From: a bacterium
Lineage (GTDB): Bacteria > Patescibacteriota > Microgenomatia > UBA1400 > PJMF01
NCBI GenBank assembly: GCA_017431625.1
Contig: JAFRKQ010000018.1
Location: 1 to 55,663 of the forward strand
Direction of reading: 5' to 3'
Length of the DNA: 55,663 bases
This document shows, one piece after another, positions 36,894 to 45,891 of the stretch (its first letter is position 1; every line of letters begins with the position of its first letter). The position numbers and the translations under genes were made by a program. Below the pieces are notes generated by a model, which did no database searches, had not been told where the DNA came from, and was given only the letters and a program-made list of their open reading frames with translations.

Positions 36894-37787
36894 ATGGTTT
36901 ATATGGTCTCAGTTTTGGAGCAATGCAAGCTAGTTTGTCACCCCAATCCACTCGCACGTAGTGACGCGGTTTGTATGGTCCGAATAAGGAACACTTTTTA
37001 CAATAAATCGCTTTTTGACTATTCGCCACAAATGATGGAGGTGGCACTCACTACCAGACCCAAAGCTGGTCCTACTCAGGTGCGTATTCACTTTGGGGGC
37101 CATCTGCTGGATTTTGTACTCAATTTTATGATGACGTTGTCGATTTTGGTGACTTTGCTTTACTTTTTGCCTGGGGTTTTGGATCTACTCATACCTGGCC
37201 GTATCAATCTAGGTCGTGAGTCGAGTGTGATGGAAGAAACCATGGCTTCGGTGAGCTACACCAGTAGCGATCTACTCATGATGCCTGAGACTACTGTTAG
37301 CACCCCGATTCCTGTCACCCCTCAAGTGACTGACTCCACTCACCGCGTGCAGCCAGAATATGACCTTACTTTGCCAGAAGGACGGTGGATTGTGAGTGAA
37401 AGCGCTGGGATTAAAGCGCCGATTTACACCAATAATGACATTGCCGATACCAAAGTTGTTGATGATATTTTGGATCGTGGCATTTATTTATACCCACAAT
37501 ACGATAGTATTGGCTGGAGCGGTCGGGAAGTGATTTTGGCTGGTCACCACTACAATATGAATGTTTCCGAGCAAAAACGCCAACAATCTTTCCAAAACTT
37601 GGAAAAATTGCAAGTTGGTGATCGTGTACAGATTGTTGACGATTATAAAATTTGGACTTATGAGATTTATAAAATTGAGCAGTCAACTGAGATTACCGAA
37701 CCAAATCCTGATTTGATGATGTATACTTGTATTTTTTGGTGGGATGCCAAATTACGGCTTTTTGTTTATGCCAATATTGTGGAATAG
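36894..37787 (+). CDS. Sortase-family transpeptidase
   Basis: ILAGHH (His), MMYTC (catalytic Cys, TLxTC-like) and a downstream LRLFVYA Arg. TM near residues 70-95. Start options are ATG 36894, 36903 (leaderless spacing) or 37032. Confidence 0.7.
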   Translation: MVYMVSVLEQCKLVCHPNPLARSDAVCMVRIRNTFYNKSLFDYSPQMMEVALTTRPKAGPTQVRIHFGGHLLDFVLNFMMTLSILVTLLYFLPGVLDLLIPGRINLGRESSVMEETMASVSYTSSDLLMMPETTVSTPIPVTPQVTDSTHRVQPEYDLTLPEGRWIVSESAGIKAPIYTNNDIADTKVVDDILDRGIYLYPQYDSIGWSGREVILAGHHYNMNVSEQKRQQSFQNLEKLQVGDRVQIVDDYKIWTYEIYKIEQSTEITEPNPDLMMYTCIFWWDAKLRLFVYANIVE

Positions 37788-37905
37788 TGCAATTGTTCAC
37801 AAAATTTGTACAATTTAGTTTTTTATAAAACCATTGTTTTGCGCCTATTTATTATATTATTGAGTAAAATTTGTCTATAAAAAACTCGTAAAGCGATTCT
37901 TCGCG

Positions 37906-39591
37906 CTAATAGTTGCGCCACCACTCATCTTCGCTGTATTCGGGCTCGTTATTAAGCTCAAAGATAGGTGCGTCTTCGAGTGGTAAAAGCCGGCGGATGT
38001 TGGAGCGGCAGTAATAACAATTGCTGCTACCACGTCGACAAGGAGGGAAGCTTTTCCATGTACCATTGGCGAGGTAATAATTGCTATTGATAATAGCGTT
38101 ACTGTTGCCCAAATATTGCCAGCCGACAGTGGGCTCAAGACTGGTGCATAAAACAAAACCAGCAAACTGTTGATAGGGGATGTGACTCATGAAAGAATAA
38201 TAATAAGGATAGTCAGTCACCTTGGGGCTAATATCACCAGATAGACATTGATTATTCGCTTGAGCAAAGGGGCCACCTGTCTGATGGGCGTCTATCTGAC
38301 CACTTTCTTGCAGATTGTCGCTGGTATAGTGATCAATACTAGTATCATAGCAAGTTTCAAGAGCATTGGCCACAAGATTGAGCTGATTGATACGCTCTAG
38401 GTTGCGTTCATCGGCCGTTGTGGTTTGTAAATACTCGATTTCGGCTACGCTGGCTGCATCAGTGGCTTCGCGATCACTGATAGGGTTGATGTTTACGGGC
38501 GATCGCAAAAAATTGGCAATAGGCTGACTGTTTTCGGGAGGGGAGATCTTATGACTAGTAGTGTCGGAGAGATTAAGATCAAAGGTGTAGGTATAATGAT
38601 CACTTTGGCCTTCGAGATAGATTTTGGTGAGCTGATGGCTGTGAGTGTCCACTTCTAGAATCAGATTTTTTATCTGGCGTACCCATTGGCTAATTTGTTG
38701 TGGCTCCAACCAATCACTATTGTTGCGACTACACTGGTCAAAGTGAAATTGCGCTCCTAGTTGAGTGAGAAAATTGGTAAGCTGATTGGCTTTAATTTGC
38801 CCAGTGTAAAGACGGTGGCCACTGGTAGTACGAATGGGACTAGTGGCGGCTGGTTGGAGACTAATGAAAGGGTTTTCTTGGTAAATGGCAATTATTTGTG
38901 AACGATTATCACTGGTAAGTTGACGATAAAGACAAGTGTAGTCAATATGATTATCACTGGTCTTGTTGGCTTGAGCTATGGCTGTCAGTTCATCATTTTG
39001 AGCTTGCCACCAATGATTTTCTGCTTGGAGGACACGGCCATTCTCGAGGGCGGTTGCCAAACTGGCATGAAGTTGGCGTTTTTGGGCTTGATCAAGGGAG
39101 TCCAAAAAAGTGGCGATGCCACTGGCATTAACATAATTAACACCTGCATTATCAAGGATATTATCGATTTGTAATGTCTGCGTGCGTGATTTGGTGGTGA
39201 TGGCCAACTGGTGGCGACCTTGCCAGGCCGGATACAGGAGTTGATTCTGACTGTTTAAGTGAATTGAAGAAATATCTAGGTCTTGATTTAAAGCGTTGGC
39301 GTCATAAGTGATAGTGGCACTCATGCCAGGGGTACTTGTCAGTTGACTGATAGCATCAAGGGTGATTTTTTCTGGACGCGTCCAGCGATAATAACGCCAA
39401 CCAAGAGCGCCAGCCGCAATGGCCACTAAGAGCGTCAGAATACCAGCGATAAGCCAAAGCAGGCGCTTGTCAATTTTTTTCTTGGTGGGTTCTAGGGGAT
39501 CGAGAGGAGTAGACATGGGCATGCTGGTCACCTCCTGAGTCGACCCAGGACTAGCAACAACTGGCGACAAAGAGGTATTCGTTTGTGGCAT
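37906..39591 (-). CDS. Hypothetical N-terminally anchored secreted protein, 561 aa
   Basis: ORF 37906..39678. Its first 29 codons cross a REP element, so the start is moved to ATG 39591 (MPQTNTSL). TM is LLWLIAGILTLLVAIAAGALGW. No motif recognised. Confidence 0.55.
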   Translation of the reverse strand: MPQTNTSLSPVVASPGSTQEVTSMPMSTPLDPLEPTKKKIDKRLLWLIAGILTLLVAIAAGALGWRYYRWTRPEKITLDAISQLTSTPGMSATITYDANALNQDLDISSIHLNSQNQLLYPAWQGRHQLAITTKSRTQTLQIDNILDNAGVNYVNASGIATFLDSLDQAQKRQLHASLATALENGRVLQAENHWWQAQNDELTAIAQANKTSDNHIDYTCLYRQLTSDNRSQIIAIYQENPFISLQPAATSPIRTTSGHRLYTGQIKANQLTNFLTQLGAQFHFDQCSRNNSDWLEPQQISQWVRQIKNLILEVDTHSHQLTKIYLEGQSDHYTYTFDLNLSDTTSHKISPPENSQPIANFLRSPVNINPISDREATDAASVAEIEYLQTTTADERNLERINQLNLVANALETCYDTSIDHYTSDNLQESGQIDAHQTGGPFAQANNQCLSGDISPKVTDYPYYYSFMSHIPYQQFAGFVLCTSLEPTVGWQYLGNSNAIINSNYYLANGTWKSFPPCRRGSSNCYYCRSNIRRLLPLEDAPIFELNNEPEYSEDEWWRNY

Positions 39592-39654
39592 GGTGATGAT
39601 AATGATAACACACTTGCGACTATTTGTCGAGGGTACATTTGTCAGGCAAGTGTC

Positions 39655-39733
39655 TTTGTGAGTACAATGTATGTACAAAAATATCTTGGTTTATAGTAAT
39701 AATTTTATTTTGTACACACAAGAGGCGTACAGA
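39655..39733. repeat. REP/BIME-like pair in a divergent promoter region
   Basis: TTTGTGAGTACAATGTATGTACAAAA (39655-39680) and TTTGTACACACAAGAGGCGTACAGAG (39708-39733). Confidence 0.8.
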
Positions 39734-39789
39734 GTTGCAATTGTGTCCAAAGTGGTGTAAAATAAGCATCAATCAAGCAGGAAGGAAGA

Positions 39790-40128
39790 ATGAAACAATT
39801 TGATACGAGAATTCAAACTCGATTGGATAGCAATCTCAAACAGCAAGCCGAGAAAGTGTTTGACGCGCTAGGAATGGATTTGGCCACTGCTATTCGTCTT
39901 TTTTTAAAACAAGCGGTGATCCAAAATGGTTTGCCTTTTGGTATGATGGGGCTTGACGGACTGAAAGAGACTTGTTCCAATCAAGTAACGCGCGAGCTTT
40001 TGGTCAGCGATGGTCATGCTTATGAAGTGTTGCGCACACAACAAACCTGCAAGCTGGCCTCGCCAGAAACTCAAGCACAGTTGTTACAGACTGAGTCGGG
40101 GTCACCATCTCTAGCCAAGGGTGTTTGA
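39790..40128 (+). CDS. RelB/DinJ-type ribbon-helix-helix protein with a 60-aa C-terminal extension
   Basis: N-terminus RIQTRLDSNLKQQAEKVFDALGMDLATAIRLFLKQAVIQNGLPF is DinJ-like. No toxin gene follows. Confidence 0.7.
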   Translation: MKQFDTRIQTRLDSNLKQQAEKVFDALGMDLATAIRLFLKQAVIQNGLPFGMMGLDGLKETCSNQVTRELLVSDGHAYEVLRTQQTCKLASPETQAQLLQTESGSPSLAKGV

Positions 40129-40149
40129 TGGCAAAAAGAGTGGAGGAAA

Positions 40150-40599
40150 ATGACAATCAATCGCCCTCAAAGTATCATTGTTTTGGCTCGAGCCAAGGGC
40201 AATGGGCACTCCTTACCTCTGGCGACTAGTAGTGTCCAGGCTGGTTTTGCCACTTGGGTGGAAGACAGCATTGATCGGGATTTGAGTTTGGATGATTATC
40301 TGGTGGAACATCAGGCAGCCACTTTTTTGGTGCGAGTGGCCGGTGAATCAATGATTGAGGCAGGAATTTTACCAGGAGATGTTCTGGTGGTGGATCGTAG
40401 TCTCCAAGCCCAATCAGGACAAATAGTGATTGCCGTGGTTGATGGTGATTTATTGGTCAAAAGATTGATCAAGCGTGGTACTCGAGTAGAGTTGCGGGCG
40501 GAAAATCAACATTTTCCGCCTCTTGTTATTCCTGAGGGGGCGCAAGTGGAGATTTGGGGAGTGGTGACGGGGGTGGTGCGCAAATTGGCGCAGTGCTGA
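40150..40599 (+). CDS. umuD: UmuD-like S24 self-cleaving peptidase
   Basis: Aligns by eye along its length with E. coli UmuD. Cleavage site is VQAGF (versus VQCGF), Ser in GESM, Lys in VKRL. GGAGGA Shine-Dalgarno lies upstream. Confidence 0.85.
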   Translation: MTINRPQSIIVLARAKGNGHSLPLATSSVQAGFATWVEDSIDRDLSLDDYLVEHQAATFLVRVAGESMIEAGILPGDVLVVDRSLQAQSGQIVIAVVDGDLLVKRLIKRGTRVELRAENQHFPPLVIPEGAQVEIWGVVTGVVRKLAQC

Positions 40600-40677
40600 T
40601 TTTGTGAGTACATTGTACTCACAATCTGATTTTATTGATTGATCGTGTAAATTTTGTGAGCCTCTTGTGAGTACAAA
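40600..40677. repeat. REP/BIME-like composite between convergent umuD and umuC
   Basis: TTTTGTGAGTACATTGTACTCACAA, then TCTGATTTTATTGATTGAT, then TTTTGTGAGCCTCTTGTGAGTACAAA. Confidence 0.85.
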
Positions 40678-41994
40678 TTAGTGCACGAGCGGGAGCTGGG
40701 TCCATGAGGTGGAGTATTCTGGAGAGCGCCTGGTAGCACGCGAATGCCATTTGCTAGCTGTTGGCTTTGCCTGATTGCTGGGACGAGTGGTGGTCAGGCC
40801 AATATTGATTTTGTGGTCGCCGTAGTGGCGATTGATTTTGCCGATAGCACCCATGAGGGCTTGTTTTTTGTCTTCTGACAGATCTGAAGGCATTAAATTA
40901 ATCAGCTGTGGTTGCCAGGCATTTTCTGATTCCAGCCCGCTTAAAATAATGCCCGCTTTTTTATAAGCAAATCCAGGACGATAGATAGCTGCCAAGCCTT
41001 GCTTCATGGCGCTGGCTAAGTCCGGCAGATAACTGCTTGATTGACTCAGGCCTATGGTGTGCGAGGCAGCGTAGCGTCTGGGTAAATCTACATAATTACT
41101 AGTGCGAATGTAAGTCGTGACAAAGCTGGCTCGCCAATGTTGACGGCGTAAATTGTCAGTGGCGAGGCTCAAAAAAGCCGCCAAAGCTTGTTCTAGCTCG
41201 TTTTGCTGATAAACATTGGCAGCAAAACTGCGGCTGCGCAAGATTTGGCGGCGATTGACCGGTGCTTGAGTGAGCTCTATACAGCTGACTCCATGAAGTT
41301 CATGCCAAGTACGCAGTCCACCCAGACCCAAAAGTTTGCGGACGTATGTGGGTGATAAATTCATGAATTGGCCGACAGTGTCAATTTTAAGGCTTAAAAG
41401 CTGGCGAATGCTTGCTCGTCCCAAACCCCAAACGTTGGTAATTGGACACGAATGTAAATATTGTGTGTGCCAGCGATTGTCGCTGGGTAGCCACACGAGG
41501 CTGCCGTTGCCAAAAAAATCATTTTTAGCAATGCCAACAGCGAGCTTGGCAAGGGTTTTGCTGGGAGCCACGCCCACAGTTACAGGAATGCCGAGATTTT
41601 GAGCAATTTTTGTGCACAGCTTTTGGGCCCACAGTGTCCAATCGTGAGTAGGTAGGTGCGTTAAGCGCACAAAACATTCATCAACTGAGTAAATTTCTTG
41701 TTCACCAGTTTCTATGTATTCGCCAATGAGTTTCATCATTCGTGTTGACAAGTCACCATAGAGACGAAAGTTGCTCGAAAAAAAATGAATTTTGTATTTA
41801 TTGATTTTATCGGCGATTTGAAATCGGGGTGCACCCATGGGAATGCCCAAATCTTTAGCCTCACGCGAGCGAGAAACAGTACAACCATCATTACAAGACA
41901 AAACAATCACTGGCTGATTGCGTAAATCTGGACGAAAGACGCGCTCACAAGAGACGAAAAAGTTGTTAGCATCGATTAAAGCCCATAATTCCAT
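40678..41994 (-). CDS. umuC: Y-family translesion DNA polymerase UmuC
   Basis: ALIDANNFFVSCERVFRPDLRNQPVIVLSCNDGC closely parallels the E. coli UmuC N-terminus. TGTTATAAT lies 7 nt before ATG 41994. Confidence 0.9.
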   Translation of the reverse strand: MELWALIDANNFFVSCERVFRPDLRNQPVIVLSCNDGCTVSRSREAKDLGIPMGAPRFQIADKINKYKIHFFSSNFRLYGDLSTRMMKLIGEYIETGEQEIYSVDECFVRLTHLPTHDWTLWAQKLCTKIAQNLGIPVTVGVAPSKTLAKLAVGIAKNDFFGNGSLVWLPSDNRWHTQYLHSCPITNVWGLGRASIRQLLSLKIDTVGQFMNLSPTYVRKLLGLGGLRTWHELHGVSCIELTQAPVNRRQILRSRSFAANVYQQNELEQALAAFLSLATDNLRRQHWRASFVTTYIRTSNYVDLPRRYAASHTIGLSQSSSYLPDLASAMKQGLAAIYRPGFAYKKAGIILSGLESENAWQPQLINLMPSDLSEDKKQALMGAIGKINRHYGDHKINIGLTTTRPSNQAKPTASKWHSRATRRSPEYSTSWTQLPLVH

Positions 41995-42127
41995 AGTAGA
42001 TATTATAACACAGTTATGACTATAAGAGCATAAATAGCAAAAGTCATGCAAACTGCCAAAAATACCCTAGAATTTTATCATTTTCATGTTATAATATATA
42101 AACTTATAAATTATCAAGAAAGGTCAA

Positions 42128-42502
42128 ATGTCGATCTCTCTCAAACAATACAGTGTGACTGTGGATAGCAATCAACCAGAAAAATCAGCAGACTTTTATG
42201 AAAAACTCTTGGGCTGGACCAGAGGCGAAGCATTTGGTTTTCCTTTGGTGAGTGATCCGCAAACAGGTTTCGGTATGCTCTTTGTTAAAGATGATTTTTC
42301 TTATCAACCGCCAGTGTGGCCAGAGCAACCAGGAAAACAACAAAAACAGATTCATTTTGATTTTACGGTGTCGGATTTGACAGCGGCCATAACGCAAGCA
42401 GAGCAATTGGGCGCCAAAAAAGCAAGTGAACAATTTTTGGGCGATCATGGTGTGGCGATGATTGATCCCGAGGGACGTGTTTTTGATTTTCTTCAGGGTT
42501 AA
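42128..42502 (+). CDS. VOC/glyoxalase-bleomycin-resistance family protein
   Basis: 124 aa with the pattern SADFYEKLLGWT ... IHFDFTVSDL ... DPEGRVFDF. Confidence 0.65.
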   Translation: MSISLKQYSVTVDSNQPEKSADFYEKLLGWTRGEAFGFPLVSDPQTGFGMLFVKDDFSYQPPVWPEQPGKQQKQIHFDFTVSDLTAAITQAEQLGAKKASEQFLGDHGVAMIDPEGRVFDFLQG

Positions 42503-42531
42503 ATTGTTACTTATTGAACTTTTACTCTTAA

Positions 42532-42556
42532 AGCGAGCCCAACAGCTCGCTTTTTG
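42532..42556 (+). terminator. Rho-independent terminator
   Basis: AGCGAGC-CCAACA-GCTCGCT followed by TTTTT. Confidence 0.65.
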
Positions 42557-42633
42557 TACGCCTTAAAGGTTCACAAAAATTTGTTGATTTATAGGTAATA
42601 TTTAATTATGTGAGTACAAAAGACGTACGAAAA
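42551..42633. repeat. REP/BIME-like pair
   Basis: TTTTTGTACGCCTTAAAGGTTCACAAAAA (42551-42579) and TATGTGAGTACAAAAGACGTACGAAAA (42607-42633). Confidence 0.8.
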
Positions 42634-42722
42634 TAAACCATAAAAAATCCCGAATATGGTGTATTTTTGGGAGCACACTTATGGGCTTGAAAGCCTGTAC
42701 CAAGCTTAATGCTTAATGAGAC

Positions 42723-42751
42723 TTGACAAAAACGCGACTATGTGCTACAAT
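42723..42751 (+). promoter_or_regulatory. rho promoter, followed by a leader of about 105 nt
   Basis: TTGACA (42723-42728), 17-nt spacer, TACAAT (42746-42751). Confidence 0.65.
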
Positions 42752-42863
42752 AAGCCTCATCTTTGTATGACGGTATTATAATATGTTTTCCTGATTTGAG
42801 GTCGAGTTAGCTCTTTTTTTGGTAGATGATCTCGGCAGAGTGCGAGGAAGCGGAAAGAAAAAT

Positions 42864-44726
42864 ATGGCCGAAGAAATGCAAAATTTATCATCATTAGCCG
42901 TACCAGTAGATCCTACTGTTTTGGAGCCTGTCCGCCCCAGACGTGGTCGACGCAAAAAAACTGAGGTGATTGAAAGTAATTCGGTGAGTTTGGAACATAA
43001 ACCAACAACACCTTCAATTCCAATGGTGCCTATGGCTCCAGATGCGCCGCCGGCAGTTTCCATTGCGGCCACTCCAGTCAAAAAAAAGCCGACACGCAAA
43101 CCCCGGACAGTAAAAACACCTACCGAGGCGGCCGCGAGTGGCAGTTTGGCGTCACCAACACTGCGCAAAACAGCTTTGCGTGTGGCGCCGCCAAAAACCG
43201 CCTACAAAACTGTTAGTGCTCCGGGTGTATCGGTGTCAGTGCCAGCCAAACCTGAGCCTTTGTTGGAGCCACCAACATCAATTACTCAAGGGACGGTACT
43301 CAAGCCTCACGATACGCCGCCGATCAAAAAAACTTTGTCACCAGCGGCTTTGGCGGCATTGCGCGTGAAAGTTGACCCAAAAGCGGAATTGCAAAAAATT
43401 GCTGCTGCTCAAGCAGCAGTAGTGAGTGAGTCAACGACTGTGCCCGAAGTGCCGAGCGGTCAGCTGAATTTAAGTAAAATTCCTGTCCCGACACAAACAC
43501 AAATTACGCCCATCAATCAAATTTCATCCAAATCTTTGAATTTTAAAGGTAAAAAGCGCAGTCAGCCGATAAATCCCAATCAAATTGCTGGTGGTGGTAA
43601 AGCCATGCGGCCAGTTAGTGGCTTTCTGGATACTTTCCGGGAAAATATGCCAGTGGTGCGTGTACGCTATGGTGAAAGTGAAGAAGATGCTTTTGTGCCA
43701 CCACAAATGATGCGCAAGTATCGTTTACAACCGGGCGATGTTATTACTGGTGTCGCTCGCGAACCCAAAGAAACTGATCGCTACTGGTGTTTGATGTCTA
43801 TCACCAAAGTCAATGATATGCCTTTGGAAGAGTATATGAACAAGCCCCGGGTGCGCTTTCATCAATTAACCCCGGTGTATCCAGACGAGCAAATCAAGCT
43901 CGAGACAGGTGCCGATCCTTTGTCGACGCGGATGGTGGATTTGATTGCTCCCATAGGAAAGGGGCAACGTTCTTTGATTGTCTCACCGCCAAAGGCTGGT
44001 AAAACAAGTTTACTGAAAGAAATAAGTACTGGTGTCGCTGCTAATTATCCTGATATTTTCTTAATGGCAGTGCTAATTGGCGAGCGCCCTGAAGAAGTGA
44101 CCGATCTGCGCCGTCACATTGAAAAAATTACTCATGGTCGTGGAGAGGTAGCAGCGAGTAACTTTGATGAACCGGCCGAGAGTCAGTGCCGAGTAGCTGA
44201 GCTGGCACTGGAGCGAGCAAAACGCCTGGTAGAGAAGGGAATGGACGTAGTGATTTTGCTTGATTCTATCACCCGTTTGGCTCGCGCTTATAATTTATCT
44301 ATTCCAACATCTGGCCGAACTTTGTCTGGTGGTTTTGATCCTGCCGCCCTTTTCCCACCCAAACGATTTTTTGGTGCCGCGCGCAATTTTGAGGTGCCAG
44401 GGAGCTTGACTATTATTGGTACAGCCTTGGTGGACACTGGTTCGCGGATGGATGATTTGGTGTATGAGGAATTCAAAGGCACTGGCAATCAAGAGTTACA
44501 TCTGGATCGGCGGTTGGCCGAACGGCGTATTTATCCGGCCATTGAAGTGCAAAAATCGGGGACTCGTCGTGATGACCTGCTGATGGATCCGGTGACTTAT
44601 CAAGCGGTCTTGACATTGCAACGTATGTTGGATACACTAGATAATGGCGAAAGGACGATGACTTTGATGTCGCAAATGAGGCGTACTAAGAGTAATCGTG
44701 AATTTTTGCAGTCGCTACGTAGCTAA
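42864..44726 (+). CDS. rho: Transcription termination factor Rho with a P/A/K/T-rich N-terminal extension of about 250 aa
   Basis: Walker [17 protein letters not shown] and the RNA-binding cold-shock-like part. Start set at ATG 42864 after GAGGAAGCGGAAAG. Confidence 0.95.
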   Translation: MAEEMQNLSSLAVPVDPTVLEPVRPRRGRRKKTEVIESNSVSLEHKPTTPSIPMVPMAPDAPPAVSIAATPVKKKPTRKPRTVKTPTEAAASGSLASPTLRKTALRVAPPKTAYKTVSAPGVSVSVPAKPEPLLEPPTSITQGTVLKPHDTPPIKKTLSPAALAALRVKVDPKAELQKIAAAQAAVVSESTTVPEVPSGQLNLSKIPVPTQTQITPINQISSKSLNFKGKKRSQPINPNQIAGGGKAMRPVSGFLDTFRENMPVVRVRYGESEEDAFVPPQMMRKYRLQPGDVITGVAREPKETDRYWCLMSITKVNDMPLEEYMNKPRVRFHQLTPVYPDEQIKLETGADPLSTRMVDLIAPIGKGQRSLIVSPPKAGKTSLLKEISTGVAANYPDIFLMAVLIGERPEEVTDLRRHIEKITHGRGEVAASNFDEPAESQCRVAELALERAKRLVEKGMDVVILLDSITRLARAYNLSIPTSGRTLSGGFDPAALFPPKRFFGAARNFEVPGSLTIIGTALVDTGSRMDDLVYEEFKGTGNQELHLDRRLAERRIYPAIEVQKSGTRRDDLLMDPVTYQAVLTLQRMLDTLDNGERTMTLMSQMRRTKSNREFLQSLRS

Positions 44727-44747
44727 GGGTGTAAATGTGAATATAGT

Positions 44748-45878
44748 ATGAAGAAGAAAAAAAGCCTAAAGACCAAGCAAAAAAAACAAAACGTACAAAT
44801 TTTGTCTGATTTTAGTGCCTATTTAAATTTCTGGCATCGTTATTTGCGGGTGCGGGTTTATACTCCTTTTTCGTACTTTGAGAAAGGTAAGGATACGCTG
44901 GTTGGTGGTCTTTATAATGATCGAGGTAAACGCTCGCGACCGATTTTGCACATTGGCGTTGTGACTACGGCCTTTTTTGTGGTGGTAGTGGCCCCCTTGG
45001 TTTTTGAGCAGTCATCGCAGCGTGAGGCGGGTTTGAGTAGTAATGTCTTGGCTGCAGCCACTGATGATGTTAGCTTTTATACGATGCAGGCTGAAGAAGT
45101 GAAAGCTTTGCGTGGTGGTGAGATTACTGTCCACACAGTGCAATCGGAAGAAACCTTGGAGTCGATTGCTCAGCGCTATGGTTTGACCAAAGAGACGATT
45201 ATCTGGGAAAATAATCTCAAGCAAAATGCAACAGTGCAAGAAGGTGATGAATTGCGAATTTTGCCGGTGGATGGTATTCGCCACAAAGTGACCAAGGGTG
45301 AAACTATTGAAAGTATTGGTAAAAAATATGGTCTAGAAGGTGCAGCCGTCCAGGCAATTGTTGATTTTCCTTTCAACGATTTTGTCAATGATGAAACTTT
45401 TGAGTTGGCGGTAGGACAATATTTGATGATTCCTGGCGGTCAAAAACCCAAGGAAGCGTCCAAGCCTGTGGCAACTTTTGCTCGTGTTCTGACTCCAGAT
45501 GCGGGGACGGTGAGTGCTACGGGAGATTTTATTTGGCCGGCGGCAGGCATTATCACTCAAGGCTATTCGTTTTACCATAAAGCCATCGATATCGCCAATT
45601 CTAGTAGTGGCCCGATCTTGGCGGCCGATAGTGGCATTGTGACTGCTTCTGGTTGGGATACCTCTGGTTATGGCAACAAAGTCATTGTGGATCACGGCAA
45701 TGGTACTCGGACTCTTTATGCCCACTTGAGGGTAATTAATGTTGTTGAAGGACAAAGTGTCAATCGTGGCGATATTTTGGGTGAAATGGGGACGACTGGT
45801 CGTTCTACTGGCACTCACTTGCATTTTGAAATTCGCCAAGATGCGGTCTTGCTCAACCCGATGGACTATTTACGATAA
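44748..45878 (+). CDS. LysM-domain M23 metallopeptidase
   Basis: TM near the N-terminus. Two LysM-like repeats (HTVQSEETLESIAQRYGL, HKVTKGETIESIGKKYGL). M23 motifs AIDIA, VDHGNG..TLYAHL, GTHLHFEI. Confidence 0.9.
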   Translation: MKKKKSLKTKQKKQNVQILSDFSAYLNFWHRYLRVRVYTPFSYFEKGKDTLVGGLYNDRGKRSRPILHIGVVTTAFFVVVVAPLVFEQSSQREAGLSSNVLAAATDDVSFYTMQAEEVKALRGGEITVHTVQSEETLESIAQRYGLTKETIIWENNLKQNATVQEGDELRILPVDGIRHKVTKGETIESIGKKYGLEGAAVQAIVDFPFNDFVNDETFELAVGQYLMIPGGQKPKEASKPVATFARVLTPDAGTVSATGDFIWPAAGIITQGYSFYHKAIDIANSSSGPILAADSGIVTASGWDTSGYGNKVIVDHGNGTRTLYAHLRVINVVEGQSVNRGDILGEMGTTGRSTGTHLHFEIRQDAVLLNPMDYLR

Positions 45879-45891
45879 TAAAGGTTAAAAA

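Noticed and set aside
40126-40128. In-frame TGA between the dinJ-like gene and umuD as evidence for genetic code 25 (TGA=Gly).
   Set aside because: TGA terminates radA (29430-29432), umuD (40597-40599) and the M16 peptidase. All long ORFs are intact under code 11, so there is no sign of recoding.
17906-42051. The whole VirB4-to-UmuC span as an integrative conjugative element.
   Set aside because: No integrase, relaxase, oriT-like feature or flanking att repeats were seen. Housekeeping genes (radA, the SBP gene, tspO) interrupt the T4SS parts.
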